A DNA stretch of 50,803 nucleotides from a virus (Duplodnaviria; Caudoviricetes): positions 1-50,803 of IMG/VR virus record IMGVR_UViG_3300025127_000062; one strand, 5' to 3'. This document shows, piece by piece, positions 25,729 through 34,602 of the stretch. The notes under the pieces were generated by a model. The model ran no database searches. It was not told the DNA's origin and was given only the letters and a program-made list of their open reading frames with translations. Numbering within the stretch: position 1 is the first letter of the stretch; each line of letters begins with the position of its first letter. Made by a program: the position numbers and the translations under genes.

Positions 25729-26876
25729 TTGAAGAAACCATAGTATCAGATAACAAGTTATACAAGAAGCTAGACTTCCCGCTGTTTACTACGTATCAGG
25801 AATTAAACGCAGTAGAACAAAAAGAACTTGTTCCCGTATTCAAAGGTAAGCCTATCCCACGGCAAATGTGGAAAAGGATTCTATCTTACATGAAACAGTC
25901 TTACGATCATTTGAAATCAGAGACACTTGTGTTTCTGTTCTACGATGAGTCAAAAGACCAGCCGTGGAGCTGGTGGATTCCACCACAAGAAACATTGGGT
26001 ATGACTGTAAAATCACTACCCGACGATCCAGAGTATGCTAAACAACGTGCAAACTATCCTGACACAATGTTTGGCACTGTTCACCACCACTGCTCCGCGT
26101 CTGCATTTCAATCAGGCACAGACGAATCAGATGAAGTAAATCGCGAAGGTATACATTTTACAATAGGTAACCTAAACACAAACGCATTTGATATACACTG
26201 TCGTATTACAATTGGCAGCTGTCATTCAGATATACCTGCTGGTACGTATATTGCTCAAGCTGCTGACCCGTTTAAAAAGACTGCAAAAGTTCCAGACAAC
26301 ATACGTAAACAAGTTATAGATCATCTGCACACCTTAGACATTGTTGCTCTTAACGACAACTACCTAGAAGACACATTTTCTGACGCAAAAAATGTATCTA
26401 AAAGAGTATACACAGCTCCAGTCAACAAATACACACAACCAGGTCTTGGTTGGAACAACTATGACGAATATGCTATATCAAAAAAAAACAGCCCAACCAT
26501 TCTAGACGAAGAAACAAGCAGCGAAGACGCTGCTGAAGATCTTGTAGACACAATTTTATCAGACTATGAATATGAAAATATCCTTATCAACTATTATACT
26601 TTCCGCAACGACGTTGAAAACAATCGCAAGTTGTATACCGCAGAACTCGAAAGCACAGAAATTGTCAAAGACTTGTTACGACTCTTTGAAGACGAAGAGT
26701 TCCAAGTTACTAGAGAAGGCAAAGAAACCTTGGATACAATTAACAAGTTTATTAGACAACAGAAAAACTACGGACTTGACATCACCATCGAAGAACTCAT
26801 ACATGGACTCTCAACCTTACGATACGATGAAGACGGAGAAAGAGTTCAACCAGTGGATACGAAGAATGTTCTATGA
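25725..26876 (+). CDS. JAB/MPN+ metallopeptidase with acidic C-terminal extension
   Basis: Glu in KSETLV, IPPQE, TVHHHCSASAFQSGTDESDE (HxH-x7-S-x2-D), GIHFTIG; ATGA-coupled to E1. Confidence 0.88.
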   Translation: MIEETIVSDNKLYKKLDFPLFTTYQELNAVEQKELVPVFKGKPIPRQMWKRILSYMKQSYDHLKSETLVFLFYDESKDQPWSWWIPPQETLGMTVKSLPDDPEYAKQRANYPDTMFGTVHHHCSASAFQSGTDESDEVNREGIHFTIGNLNTNAFDIHCRITIGSCHSDIPAGTYIAQAADPFKKTAKVPDNIRKQVIDHLHTLDIVALNDNYLEDTFSDAKNVSKRVYTAPVNKYTQPGLGWNNYDEYAISKKNSPTILDEETSSEDAAEDLVDTILSDYEYENILINYYTFRNDVENNRKLYTAELESTEIVKDLLRLFEDEEFQVTREGKETLDTINKFIRQQKNYGLDITIEELIHGLSTLRYDEDGERVQPVDTKNVL

Positions 26877-27225
26877 ATGTCTTAATACTAAAGCTGTTAT
26901 ACAACGTATCGAAACTACTACATCTAATGGTGTCCCTGATCTTCTGGTCTGCCTACCCACTAAAATTATGCTTATTGAAAGCAAGTATGAGACTAGAAAG
27001 ATACGTCCAGAGCAAGGGGCTTTTCAAATCAAAGCAAACTCTGTTATCAAAGGATCAATCAACAGATGTATAACACTCGCAGCCTATCCAAAAACTAAAA
27101 GGTTTATAATGATGGAGTTTGATCCAAGCTGCATTACTGAGAATGGCATAGAGTGTGAACAAGAAATAACTTTTACACTAGATAAAGCTGGCTTTGCTGA
27201 CTTTATCAATTACACAACTAAATAA
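26827..27225 (+). CDS. VRR-NUC / PD-(D/E)XK nuclease (resolvase-like)
   Basis: MKTEKEF..., QRIE...GVPDL...LIESK...RPEQ; start placed at ATG 26827. Confidence 0.8.
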   Translation: MKTEKEFNQWIRRMFYECLNTKAVIQRIETTTSNGVPDLLVCLPTKIMLIESKYETRKIRPEQGAFQIKANSVIKGSINRCITLAAYPKTKRFIMMEFDPSCITENGIECEQEITFTLDKAGFADFINYTTK

Positions 27226-27228
27226 ACT

Positions 27229-27406
27229 TTGGCAAGCATCCACCCAGTATCAAGGCTTCACAGCTTTATAAGCGGTCCGATTACGCCACAGCGACTCTGC
27301 GCGGCTGTTAACTGCGTAGACTAGGCGACTTGTGACCTTCGTAATGACGAATTGTATCCGTGTCCTTCCTAGATAACGGAACCAGTTTCTACACTGGTTT
27401 CGCCAA
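27229..27406 (+). ncRNA. Candidate structured non-coding RNA
   Basis: Intergenic, closed by TTGGC/GCCAA, with several nested stems and three short hairpins. Confidence 0.45.
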
Positions 27407-27412
27407 TTTACT

Positions 27413-27700
27413 ATGAATGATCCAATCGAATCCATCCCCCACAGCGACTCTTCTATATCAGAAACATTAGACATAGTTGAGATAGGCATAGAGCGAATGC
27501 ACAAAAATGACGTTTATGAAAAATACAGAAAAGCTGCTCAATGGGGTGTAGCCAGTGGACTCATTAAATACAAGAGTGAGTCTGATATTAACTATGAAAT
27601 GCGGTCTAAGCCGTGGCTTGATGTTAACCGAAAGATAAAACAAAACGAGAAACTAGGTAATGTTGATAATGACAATGATACTAGCACTAATCCAGGCTGA
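27413..27700 (+). CDS. Hypothetical protein
   Basis: 95-aa ORF in operon orientation. Confidence 0.6.
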   Translation: MNDPIESIPHSDSSISETLDIVEIGIERMHKNDVYEKYRKAAQWGVASGLIKYKSESDINYEMRSKPWLDVNRKIKQNEKLGNVDNDNDTSTNPG

Positions 27701-28118
27701 AAGCTCAGGTAACGATCTAGCAATCGGTGACAACGGCAAAGCTTACGGATGTCTACAAATCCACAAAGTATACGTAGAAGATGTTAATCGTATACTAGGT
27801 TATGAAAAATTTACGCACAGTGATGCTTTTGATCGCGTTAGCTCAGTTCATATGTTTATTATATATACTGATTTTTACGCTACTGCTGAACGTCTCGGTC
27901 GGGAACCTACCGTAGAAGATAAAGTCCGCATCCATAACGGAGGACCTAACGGCTGGAAAAAACAATCAACAATACATCATTGGAACAAAGTTAAAAATAT
28001 ACTAGACAACCATGCAAGAAACCCTCTTTCAAACTTTTCACAGCGAAAGACCAGCTCTCGACTTACCCGCCAAGATGCAGCCCAAATGCACATGGCGACC
28101 TCCTGCCCAGTTACCTAA
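27660..28118 (+). CDS. Lysozyme-fold muramidase (i-type/destabilase- or SLT-like)
   Basis: ALIQAESSGN..AIGDNGKAYGCLQI and RIHNGGPNG. Confidence 0.8.
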   Translation: MLIMTMILALIQAESSGNDLAIGDNGKAYGCLQIHKVYVEDVNRILGYEKFTHSDAFDRVSSVHMFIIYTDFYATAERLGREPTVEDKVRIHNGGPNGWKKQSTIHHWNKVKNILDNHARNPLSNFSQRKTSSRLTRQDAAQMHMATSCPVT

Positions 28119-29886
28119 GTTTCAAGAAGTCATAGCTGTTGACTTAGAAACTTGTGATCCTGATCTTAAACAATATGGACCCTCATACAAACGAGGACAA
28201 GGCAAAGTAGTTGGTATCGCCATTGCAGACGAACACCAAGAGGTATACTTACCAATTGATCATCAAGGTGGTGATAATTTAGATAAGAATCTAATTCTTA
28301 ATTACGTAACTAATGTAATAAAAAACAGTAAAGAAATACTCTTTGCAAATGCTGCGTATGACTTAGGTTGGCTAGCTATACTAGGCATAAACATATCATG
28401 TCCAGTTCGAGACGTACAGATTGCAGAAGCTTTAATCGATGAAGAACAGTTTTCTTACAGTCTAAATAACCTATCTAAAAAATATCTAAAAAGAACTAAG
28501 TTTGAAGATAAACTTAAACAAGCTGCAGAAGCTTATGGCGTAGACCCCAAAGGCGGTATGTGGAAACTACCAGCTAGATATGTAGGCGAGTATGCAGAGA
28601 TAGATGCTCGTAATACTTGGGATGTGTATCAAAAACAAATACCTGTTCTTAAAGAACAAGACTTGTGGAATATATGGGAACTAGAGTGTAGGCTAACACC
28701 TGTCCTAGTGCACATGACTCTAAAAGGTGTCCCTGTAGATTTAGACCGAGCTGAAATATTAAACAAAGAGTTAAAAGCTAAAGAAACAAATTTAAAACAA
28801 AAATTTAAACACTTGGACATATGGTCACCTGTTCAACTTGCACGGCACGTAGAAAGTCTTGGGCTTGTTGTGCCTAAAACAGAAAAAGGTAACCCATCTG
28901 TATCTAAAGATTTTCTAACCAACTGTAACCACCCTGAAGTTAAATTAATACATGAAGCAAGAAGCATTAACCGATTACGAAAAGTCTTTATTGAAGACAC
29001 TATCCTTAAACAAAACTACAAAGGGCGTATTCACGCAGACTTTAAACAAGTGGCGTCAGACACTGGTGGCACTCGTTCAGGCAGGCTGTCTTCAGCTAAC
29101 CCCAACATGCAACAAGTTCCAAAACGTAGTAGCATTGGCAAAGCAATCCGATCACTGTATGTTGCAGAACCAGATAAGCTGTGGTGCAAAGCAGACTACA
29201 GTTCTCAAGAACCGCGTCTCCAAGTCCACTATGCACTTATTGGTGAGTTCGGGCGTCCTTTGCCTAAAGCAGTAGAGGCAAAAGAAGCTTTTGAACGTGG
29301 AGAAAAACTCTACACTTTCTTTGAAAAGACTACAGGATTACCATACGACACCTGTAAAATGCTATGTTTAGGCATCAGCTATGGCATGGGGATGAAAAAG
29401 ATGGCTAAGACATTAGGCATCTCAGAAGATCTGTGCAGATCTACTATGGATAGATTTAATACAGAAGCTCCTTTTCTTAAAGTATTGTTCGACAACGCTA
29501 TGAACGTAGCAGACGGACGTGGCTATATTAAAACAATTATGGGACGTAGAGCTAGGTTTGATTTTTGGACACCAAGCTTTGACGACTCACCCGTCAAAGG
29601 TTACGGACCAGCTAAAGGTAAATACCCAAACAAAATGCTACAACGTGCATTTACAAGTAAAGCACTGAACAGACTTATACAAGGTAGTGCAGCTGACCAG
29701 GCTAAAAAAGCTATGGTAGATGCGTACGATGCTGGCTTTGATATGAGATTACCAGTGCATGATGAAATTAATTGCATGGTTAATTCAGAAAAAGAAAGTT
29801 TAGACTTGAAATTAATAATGGAAAATGCTATACAACTCAAAGTGCCAGTTATTGCTGACATAGACCTTGGACCAACTTGGTGCTAA
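28012..29886 (+). CDS. polA: Family A DNA polymerase with 3'-5' exonuclease
   Basis: DLET, NAAYD, YAEID; SGRLSSANPNMQQ, DYSSQEPR, K...LGISYGMG, NRLIQGSAAD, VHDE. Confidence 0.96.
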   Translation: MQETLFQTFHSERPALDLPAKMQPKCTWRPPAQLPKFQEVIAVDLETCDPDLKQYGPSYKRGQGKVVGIAIADEHQEVYLPIDHQGGDNLDKNLILNYVTNVIKNSKEILFANAAYDLGWLAILGINISCPVRDVQIAEALIDEEQFSYSLNNLSKKYLKRTKFEDKLKQAAEAYGVDPKGGMWKLPARYVGEYAEIDARNTWDVYQKQIPVLKEQDLWNIWELECRLTPVLVHMTLKGVPVDLDRAEILNKELKAKETNLKQKFKHLDIWSPVQLARHVESLGLVVPKTEKGNPSVSKDFLTNCNHPEVKLIHEARSINRLRKVFIEDTILKQNYKGRIHADFKQVASDTGGTRSGRLSSANPNMQQVPKRSSIGKAIRSLYVAEPDKLWCKADYSSQEPRLQVHYALIGEFGRPLPKAVEAKEAFERGEKLYTFFEKTTGLPYDTCKMLCLGISYGMGMKKMAKTLGISEDLCRSTMDRFNTEAPFLKVLFDNAMNVADGRGYIKTIMGRRARFDFWTPSFDDSPVKGYGPAKGKYPNKMLQRAFTSKALNRLIQGSAADQAKKAMVDAYDAGFDMRLPVHDEINCMVNSEKESLDLKLIMENAIQLKVPVIADIDLGPTWC

Positions 29887-29893
29887 TAACAAC

Positions 29894-30148
29894 ATGGATA
29901 TATTAAAGACAGCCTTAAAATTAACCACTGGTGAACGCCATGAAGAATATGGTGACTGCAACACTGAACTTGACAGAGTAGCAACCATGTGGTCTGTAAT
30001 TTTTGAAACCGACATTACCCCCAACCAAGTAGCTTTAGCTATGATTGCTTTAAAAATAACTAGGCAAATGCACACCAATAAAAGAGATAATTGGGTGGAT
30101 ATTGCTGGTTACGCAAGAATAGGTGACATAGTAAACAACCAAAAATAA
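29894..30148 (+). CDS. DUF6378-like helical protein (nucleotide pyrophosphohydrolase-related)
   Basis: GERHEEYGD, VALAMIALKITR, DNWVDIAGYA. Confidence 0.75.
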   Translation: MDILKTALKLTTGERHEEYGDCNTELDRVATMWSVIFETDITPNQVALAMIALKITRQMHTNKRDNWVDIAGYARIGDIVNNQK

Positions 30149-30152
30149 TAAT

Positions 30153-30737
30153 ATGACAGATGAATTGTTACAAGAAAGCGATGTTATTCCTATCGCAAAT
30201 ATACAAGGAATTGACACCAGCGGAGTCCCTCAAAATGATTTGGCTGAAATTAAAGAACTGGGCGACAGTCTTAAAGACTTGGATAACGCAATCCTTAGTC
30301 AGGAAACTGAACTCAGTAATCTTAAAGCTAAGCGCAAAAAAGTAGCAGAAGAGTTGTTACCTGAGCTAATGAATAAATCAGGACTCAAACTTATTCAGCT
30401 AAACAATGATACCAAGATTCAGCTAAACAACTTTGTAGACGCTAGAATCAAAGACCCTAATATAGCATTTAGTTGGCTACGTGACACTAACAATGACTCT
30501 ATCATCAAAAACCAAATTACTATTACATTAGATAGGGGTGATGACAGTGTCGCTGAAGAACTTACTAGCAAACTAAAAGAAGAGTATGATATTGATGCTG
30601 ATCGTAAGATCGCAATACATCACTCAACTTTAAAATCTTTCTGCCGTGATGCACTGGATAATCCAGAGCTGGCAGAATCCTTACCTCGTGAAGCTTTTGG
30701 AATCTACGAAGGTCAACGAGCGAAAATAACCCGATAA
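30153..30737 (+). CDS. Conserved replication-module coiled-coil protein
   Basis: LPELM..G, AFSWLRD...SIIKN, IHHSTLKSF; directly upstream of SSB. Confidence 0.7.
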   Translation: MTDELLQESDVIPIANIQGIDTSGVPQNDLAEIKELGDSLKDLDNAILSQETELSNLKAKRKKVAEELLPELMNKSGLKLIQLNNDTKIQLNNFVDARIKDPNIAFSWLRDTNNDSIIKNQITITLDRGDDSVAEELTSKLKEEYDIDADRKIAIHHSTLKSFCRDALDNPELAESLPREAFGIYEGQRAKITR

Positions 30738-30760
30738 ATAGAAAGAAGAAATATAGAATC

Positions 30761-31495
30761 ATGGCATTCGATATATCAACAGTAGCAGGTCAAGGAACAG
30801 AGAATCTGGACACAGGTTCTTCCTTGCCCTTCATCCGCATCCTGCAAGACTTGAGTCCTCAACTTAAGCCACAAAAAGACGAATACGTCGAAGGCTCAAA
30901 GTCTGGCGATCTATTCTTTGCTAAAACGCAAAGTATCATAGAACAGCCTGCAGAGATTATTCCTTGTTACACTAAGTCCATCTACACTGAATGGGTTCCC
31001 CGTTCAAAAGGTGGCGGCTTCAAGGGCAATCACCCCCTAACAATTGTTAGCAACCCTAACTATGAAAAGGGACGTGAACGTCAATATGATGAATGGCTTG
31101 GAGAAAACGAGCTTAAGTTTACAACTTACTGGTTCGTGCTGTTAAAGCTTGACGGTAAATGGGAACAAGCAGTTATCCCGTTTACTTCATCACAGCTTCG
31201 CGTCTCTCGCAAGCTGACAACCGACATCAACCGTTTCCGCTATGAAGGAATGGATGTTGTTCCACCACTCTATGCACAAGCATGGAAGCTAGGCTCTGTT
31301 ATGGAGACTAGCAAAAATGGTGACGACTACTTCAACTTCTCATTCGAAGAACCAAAAGTTCTCGACTTCGAAGAAGATGAAGCTACACTCACCCTTGCTT
31401 CCGAAACATACAACACTGCTTCGGATACACCGCTACTACAGACATCCAATGAGTCCAAACCAGAACTGGTAGACTCAGCTGCGATGCCTTACTAG
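30761..31495 (+). CDS. Probable single-stranded DNA-binding protein
   Basis: PFIRILQDLSPQ, YTEWVPR..GGGF; acidic tail ending in PY; followed by terminator. Confidence 0.65.
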   Translation: MAFDISTVAGQGTENLDTGSSLPFIRILQDLSPQLKPQKDEYVEGSKSGDLFFAKTQSIIEQPAEIIPCYTKSIYTEWVPRSKGGGFKGNHPLTIVSNPNYEKGRERQYDEWLGENELKFTTYWFVLLKLDGKWEQAVIPFTSSQLRVSRKLTTDINRFRYEGMDVVPPLYAQAWKLGSVMETSKNGDDYFNFSFEEPKVLDFEEDEATLTLASETYNTASDTPLLQTSNESKPELVDSAAMPY

Positions 31496-31508
31496 GTAGT
31501 AAACACTT

Positions 31509-31553
31509 GCCCTCATCCCCTTATGAGTTTCGGGGGATGGGGGCTTTACTTTT
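31509..31553 (+). terminator. Intrinsic terminator after SSB
   Basis: GCCCTCATCCCC...GGGGATGGGGGC then TTTACTTTT. Confidence 0.75.
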
Positions 31554-31556
31554 CTA

Positions 31557-33098
31557 ATGATACCAGTAGCAGACCTAGCATTTAAATTTTACGACCTCTT
31601 CGTAAGCAATCCATCTGTTCACGGACAGACATCACTTACTGGCAAGACTCGTGACCGAGACGGTAAACAAGATTCTAAATCCTTTCTTGTAAAAACTCCG
31701 CTAACAACAAACATCTGGGAAGAACACCTTAAAGGTGATAAGATAATTGGCTGTACCCCTTTAATCAACGAAGACCGTGTTCGCTGGGGTGCACTAGACG
31801 TAGACGTATATCAAGACAATAATACAACCGAGGACATTGTAGCTAAGGTAAAAGAACACAATCTGCCGTTTATTGTGTGTCGATCCAAGTCTGGTGGTGC
31901 ACATGTATACTTGTTCTTTTCTGAAGAAATATCTGCAGCTACTGTTATTGACAAACTTAAATCGTTCTCTGCATTCTTTGGTCAGGGTGCATGTGAGATA
32001 TACCCCAAGCAACCCAAGATAGGTGATCGTAAGGACAACAGCAAGTATGGTAACTGGATCAACATGCCATACTCTGGCAACCCTACGCTGCAGTACGCAT
32101 TCAACGACAACGGTGAGTTCTTAAATCCGCTGCAGTTTTTAGAGCTTGCTGCTCAAAAACAACTTAACAAAGAAACCTTTGAAGCACTTGAAGTGCCATC
32201 ACTATCAACAGAAGAGTTACCTGATGGTCCACCTTGTCTAAATTACATATTTCATAATCGTACACAGCATAGCGAGTCTCGCAATGTAACATTGGCTAAT
32301 GTTGCTGTGTATCTTAAAAAAGCCTATCCAACTGACTGGCAACACAGACTTACTCAATATAACCGTAAATTTTCTGAACCTCTAGCCGACAGAGAAGTTG
32401 AAGCATTGGTTAATTCTTATAGCAAGAAAGACTACAAGTATCAGTGTTCTAGTCAACCACTGTGCAAATATTGCGACGCCAAACTTTGTGGACAACGTAA
32501 ATATGGCATTGGTGGTGAAGAGTTTTTACCAAACAACAGATCGCTTATGCAGCTTAAAAGCGATCCACCGCTGTGGTTCTTAACACTAGATGATTCTGAA
32601 ATACAGCTTACAACAGAACAGTTCGACAACTTTAACTTATTCAACCAAAAAGTAATGGAACGACTGTTGTTTAAATATCCACCCATCAAGCAAGAAGATT
32701 GGGTTAAGCAACAAAACTTGTTATTAAAAAACTGCACACAAATAGAGATACCGTTTGAGATGACCCCCATTGGTCAACTTGTAGAATATGTCACTATGTT
32801 CTGTGCAAGTGCTAGCGAAAACCCAAATAATATTAAGAACGGTCCTATAAAATTTAACAACAGCTTTTACTTCCGTATGGTAGATCTTAAAGACTACCTA
32901 AGTCAGCAACGATTTAAAGAATTACCTGACAACCGAATACTATCTGTAATTAAACAAGTACTAAAAGCAGACGCAGTGACACACACCATCAAAGAGCCAA
33001 CAAGACTCAACGTTAGATGTTGGCGGGTGCATGAGTCTGTTCTGCACACCAACCCAACAACAACAATGCCCGACTTAAACAATCATGACGAATACTAG
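31557..33098 (+). CDS. AEP-superfamily primase with C-terminal PriCT/Zn-like region
   Basis: WEEHLKG, WGALDVD, RSKSGGAHVYLF, EIYPKQ, GNWINMPY, PPCL, Cys cluster YQC...PLCKYCD..LC. Confidence 0.85.
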   Translation: MIPVADLAFKFYDLFVSNPSVHGQTSLTGKTRDRDGKQDSKSFLVKTPLTTNIWEEHLKGDKIIGCTPLINEDRVRWGALDVDVYQDNNTTEDIVAKVKEHNLPFIVCRSKSGGAHVYLFFSEEISAATVIDKLKSFSAFFGQGACEIYPKQPKIGDRKDNSKYGNWINMPYSGNPTLQYAFNDNGEFLNPLQFLELAAQKQLNKETFEALEVPSLSTEELPDGPPCLNYIFHNRTQHSESRNVTLANVAVYLKKAYPTDWQHRLTQYNRKFSEPLADREVEALVNSYSKKDYKYQCSSQPLCKYCDAKLCGQRKYGIGGEEFLPNNRSLMQLKSDPPLWFLTLDDSEIQLTTEQFDNFNLFNQKVMERLLFKYPPIKQEDWVKQQNLLLKNCTQIEIPFEMTPIGQLVEYVTMFCASASENPNNIKNGPIKFNNSFYFRMVDLKDYLSQQRFKELPDNRILSVIKQVLKADAVTHTIKEPTRLNVRCWRVHESVLHTNPTTTMPDLNNHDEY

Positions 33099-34602
33099 CA
33101 CAATCTTTGTAGCTAGCGCAGGAACTGGTAAAACCACCACATTGATGGAACTGCTTACTGACTGCCTAGAAAAAACATCTCCAAATAAAATATGTTTTAC
33201 TACATTCACCAAAGCTGGTGCAACAGAAGCAATTGACAGAGCCTTAATCAAAAACGACACGTATGCTCAATCCGACTTTGAAGCCTTTAGCACACTGCAC
33301 GCTCTGTGTTACAGACGTATACCGCGCAAGCAAATGCTTACTGTCCAAGACTATAAACAAATCGGTGAGCTTACAGGCTACCCAATATCAGGTAGTGCTG
33401 CATACTCATCTAAAGATGGGTTAGTGTACAACAGTAACGCTGGAGACAAAATACTGTATTACGACAGCTTGATGCGTAACTTAAAGATAAGTGCTGAAGA
33501 AGTAATTAACTCGCAAATTGGTGCTCGTGTAACATCAGATCAACTAACTGAGTTTAGTAGGTTCTACAAAGACTATAAACTAAAAAAAGGTAAGTATGAC
33601 TTTACTGACCAACTAGAAAAGTATCTTGACCAAAACATACAGCCTAACTTTGACTACGTATTTGTTGACGAAGCCCAAGACTTGTCCCCGTTACAATGGG
33701 ATGTAGTTGACTTCGTCAGTAAAAACGCTGTAGAAATATTCATTGCAGGTGACGACAAACAAAGCATATTTAAGTTTGCTGGTGGTGATCCTAGCTCACT
33801 AATCAATCGCGTTGGGAATAGAGTTGTTCTAGATACATCTTACAGATTACCTCAACCTGTTCTTGAGTACGCTGAAAAAGTTGCTAATCAAATTAAAGAA
33901 AAGCAAGACTATACAGTTAAAAGCAACAACTCTCACGGCTCTGTTACTCACATACACAGCCTAAGTGACATTGACCTAAGCAAAGGAACGTGGTTCTTGC
34001 TGTGCCGTAACAAAGCGCATATGCAAATCTTTGAACACTCTCTAATAAAAAAACAACAGTTGTTTGTATCAGCCAGTAATCACTCGTTGTTCAACCAAAA
34101 ACAAATAGACTTTATTCTTATGTGGGAACAACTCCGCAGAGGTTACAAATTCAGAGCATGTGACTTAAAAGTGTTGTATCGTGACTTTCTCCCCTCTGGA
34201 CACGTAGTTGCCCGTGGATGTAAGAACTTATTAGACTCTATGCCCGACAACGAGATGTTCGACAAAGATCAACTAGTAGACAATTTTGGCTTAAAAACTA
34301 CTGCCAAATGGGATACAATATTTAAACTGCCTGAGTTTACTAAAGAAGTATTACTTAAAGCAGAAGCAAACGGAACATTAGAACGCAGTGCTGATGTAGA
34401 AATAAACACCATCCACGCTACTAAAGGTAGAGAAGCTGATAATGTTGTTGTTCTGCCAGACATAACAGAAACAACATACAAAGGTATGCTCAAAGACATG
34501 GACAACGAACATCGTGTATTCTATGTTGCAGTAACTCGTGCTCGCAAAAACTTGTATGTGCACTCTCCAACAACTAATCGTTTTTACCAAATGCCCAAAT
34601 GA
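33085..34602 (+). CDS. UvrD/Rep-like SF1 helicase
   Basis: AGTGKTT, STLH, VDEAQD, GDDKQSIF, SYR, TIHATKGREAD, YVAVTRA. Confidence 0.93.
   Translation: MTNTSTIFVASAGTGKTTTLMELLTDCLEKTSPNKICFTTFTKAGATEAIDRALIKNDTYAQSDFEAFSTLHALCYRRIPRKQMLTVQDYKQIGELTGYPISGSAAYSSKDGLVYNSNAGDKILYYDSLMRNLKISAEEVINSQIGARVTSDQLTEFSRFYKDYKLKKGKYDFTDQLEKYLDQNIQPNFDYVFVDEAQDLSPLQWDVVDFVSKNAVEIFIAGDDKQSIFKFAGGDPSSLINRVGNRVVLDTSYRLPQPVLEYAEKVANQIKEKQDYTVKSNNSHGSVTHIHSLSDIDLSKGTWFLLCRNKAHMQIFEHSLIKKQQLFVSASNHSLFNQKQIDFILMWEQLRRGYKFRACDLKVLYRDFLPSGHVVARGCKNLLDSMPDNEMFDKDQLVDNFGLKTTAKWDTIFKLPEFTKEVLLKAEANGTLERSADVEINTIHATKGREADNVVVLPDITETTYKGMLKDMDNEHRVFYVAVTRARKNLYVHSPTTNRFYQMPK

Noticed and set aside
26566-26826. N-terminal extension of the 219-aa nuclease ORF
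   Set aside because: Lies inside the JAB gene in another frame; the nuclease motif begins at Met 26827.
27229-27406. tRNA or tmRNA suggested by the CGCCA end
   Set aside because: No TTC-type T-loop, cloverleaf or tag ORF; kept only as an unclassified ncRNA candidate.
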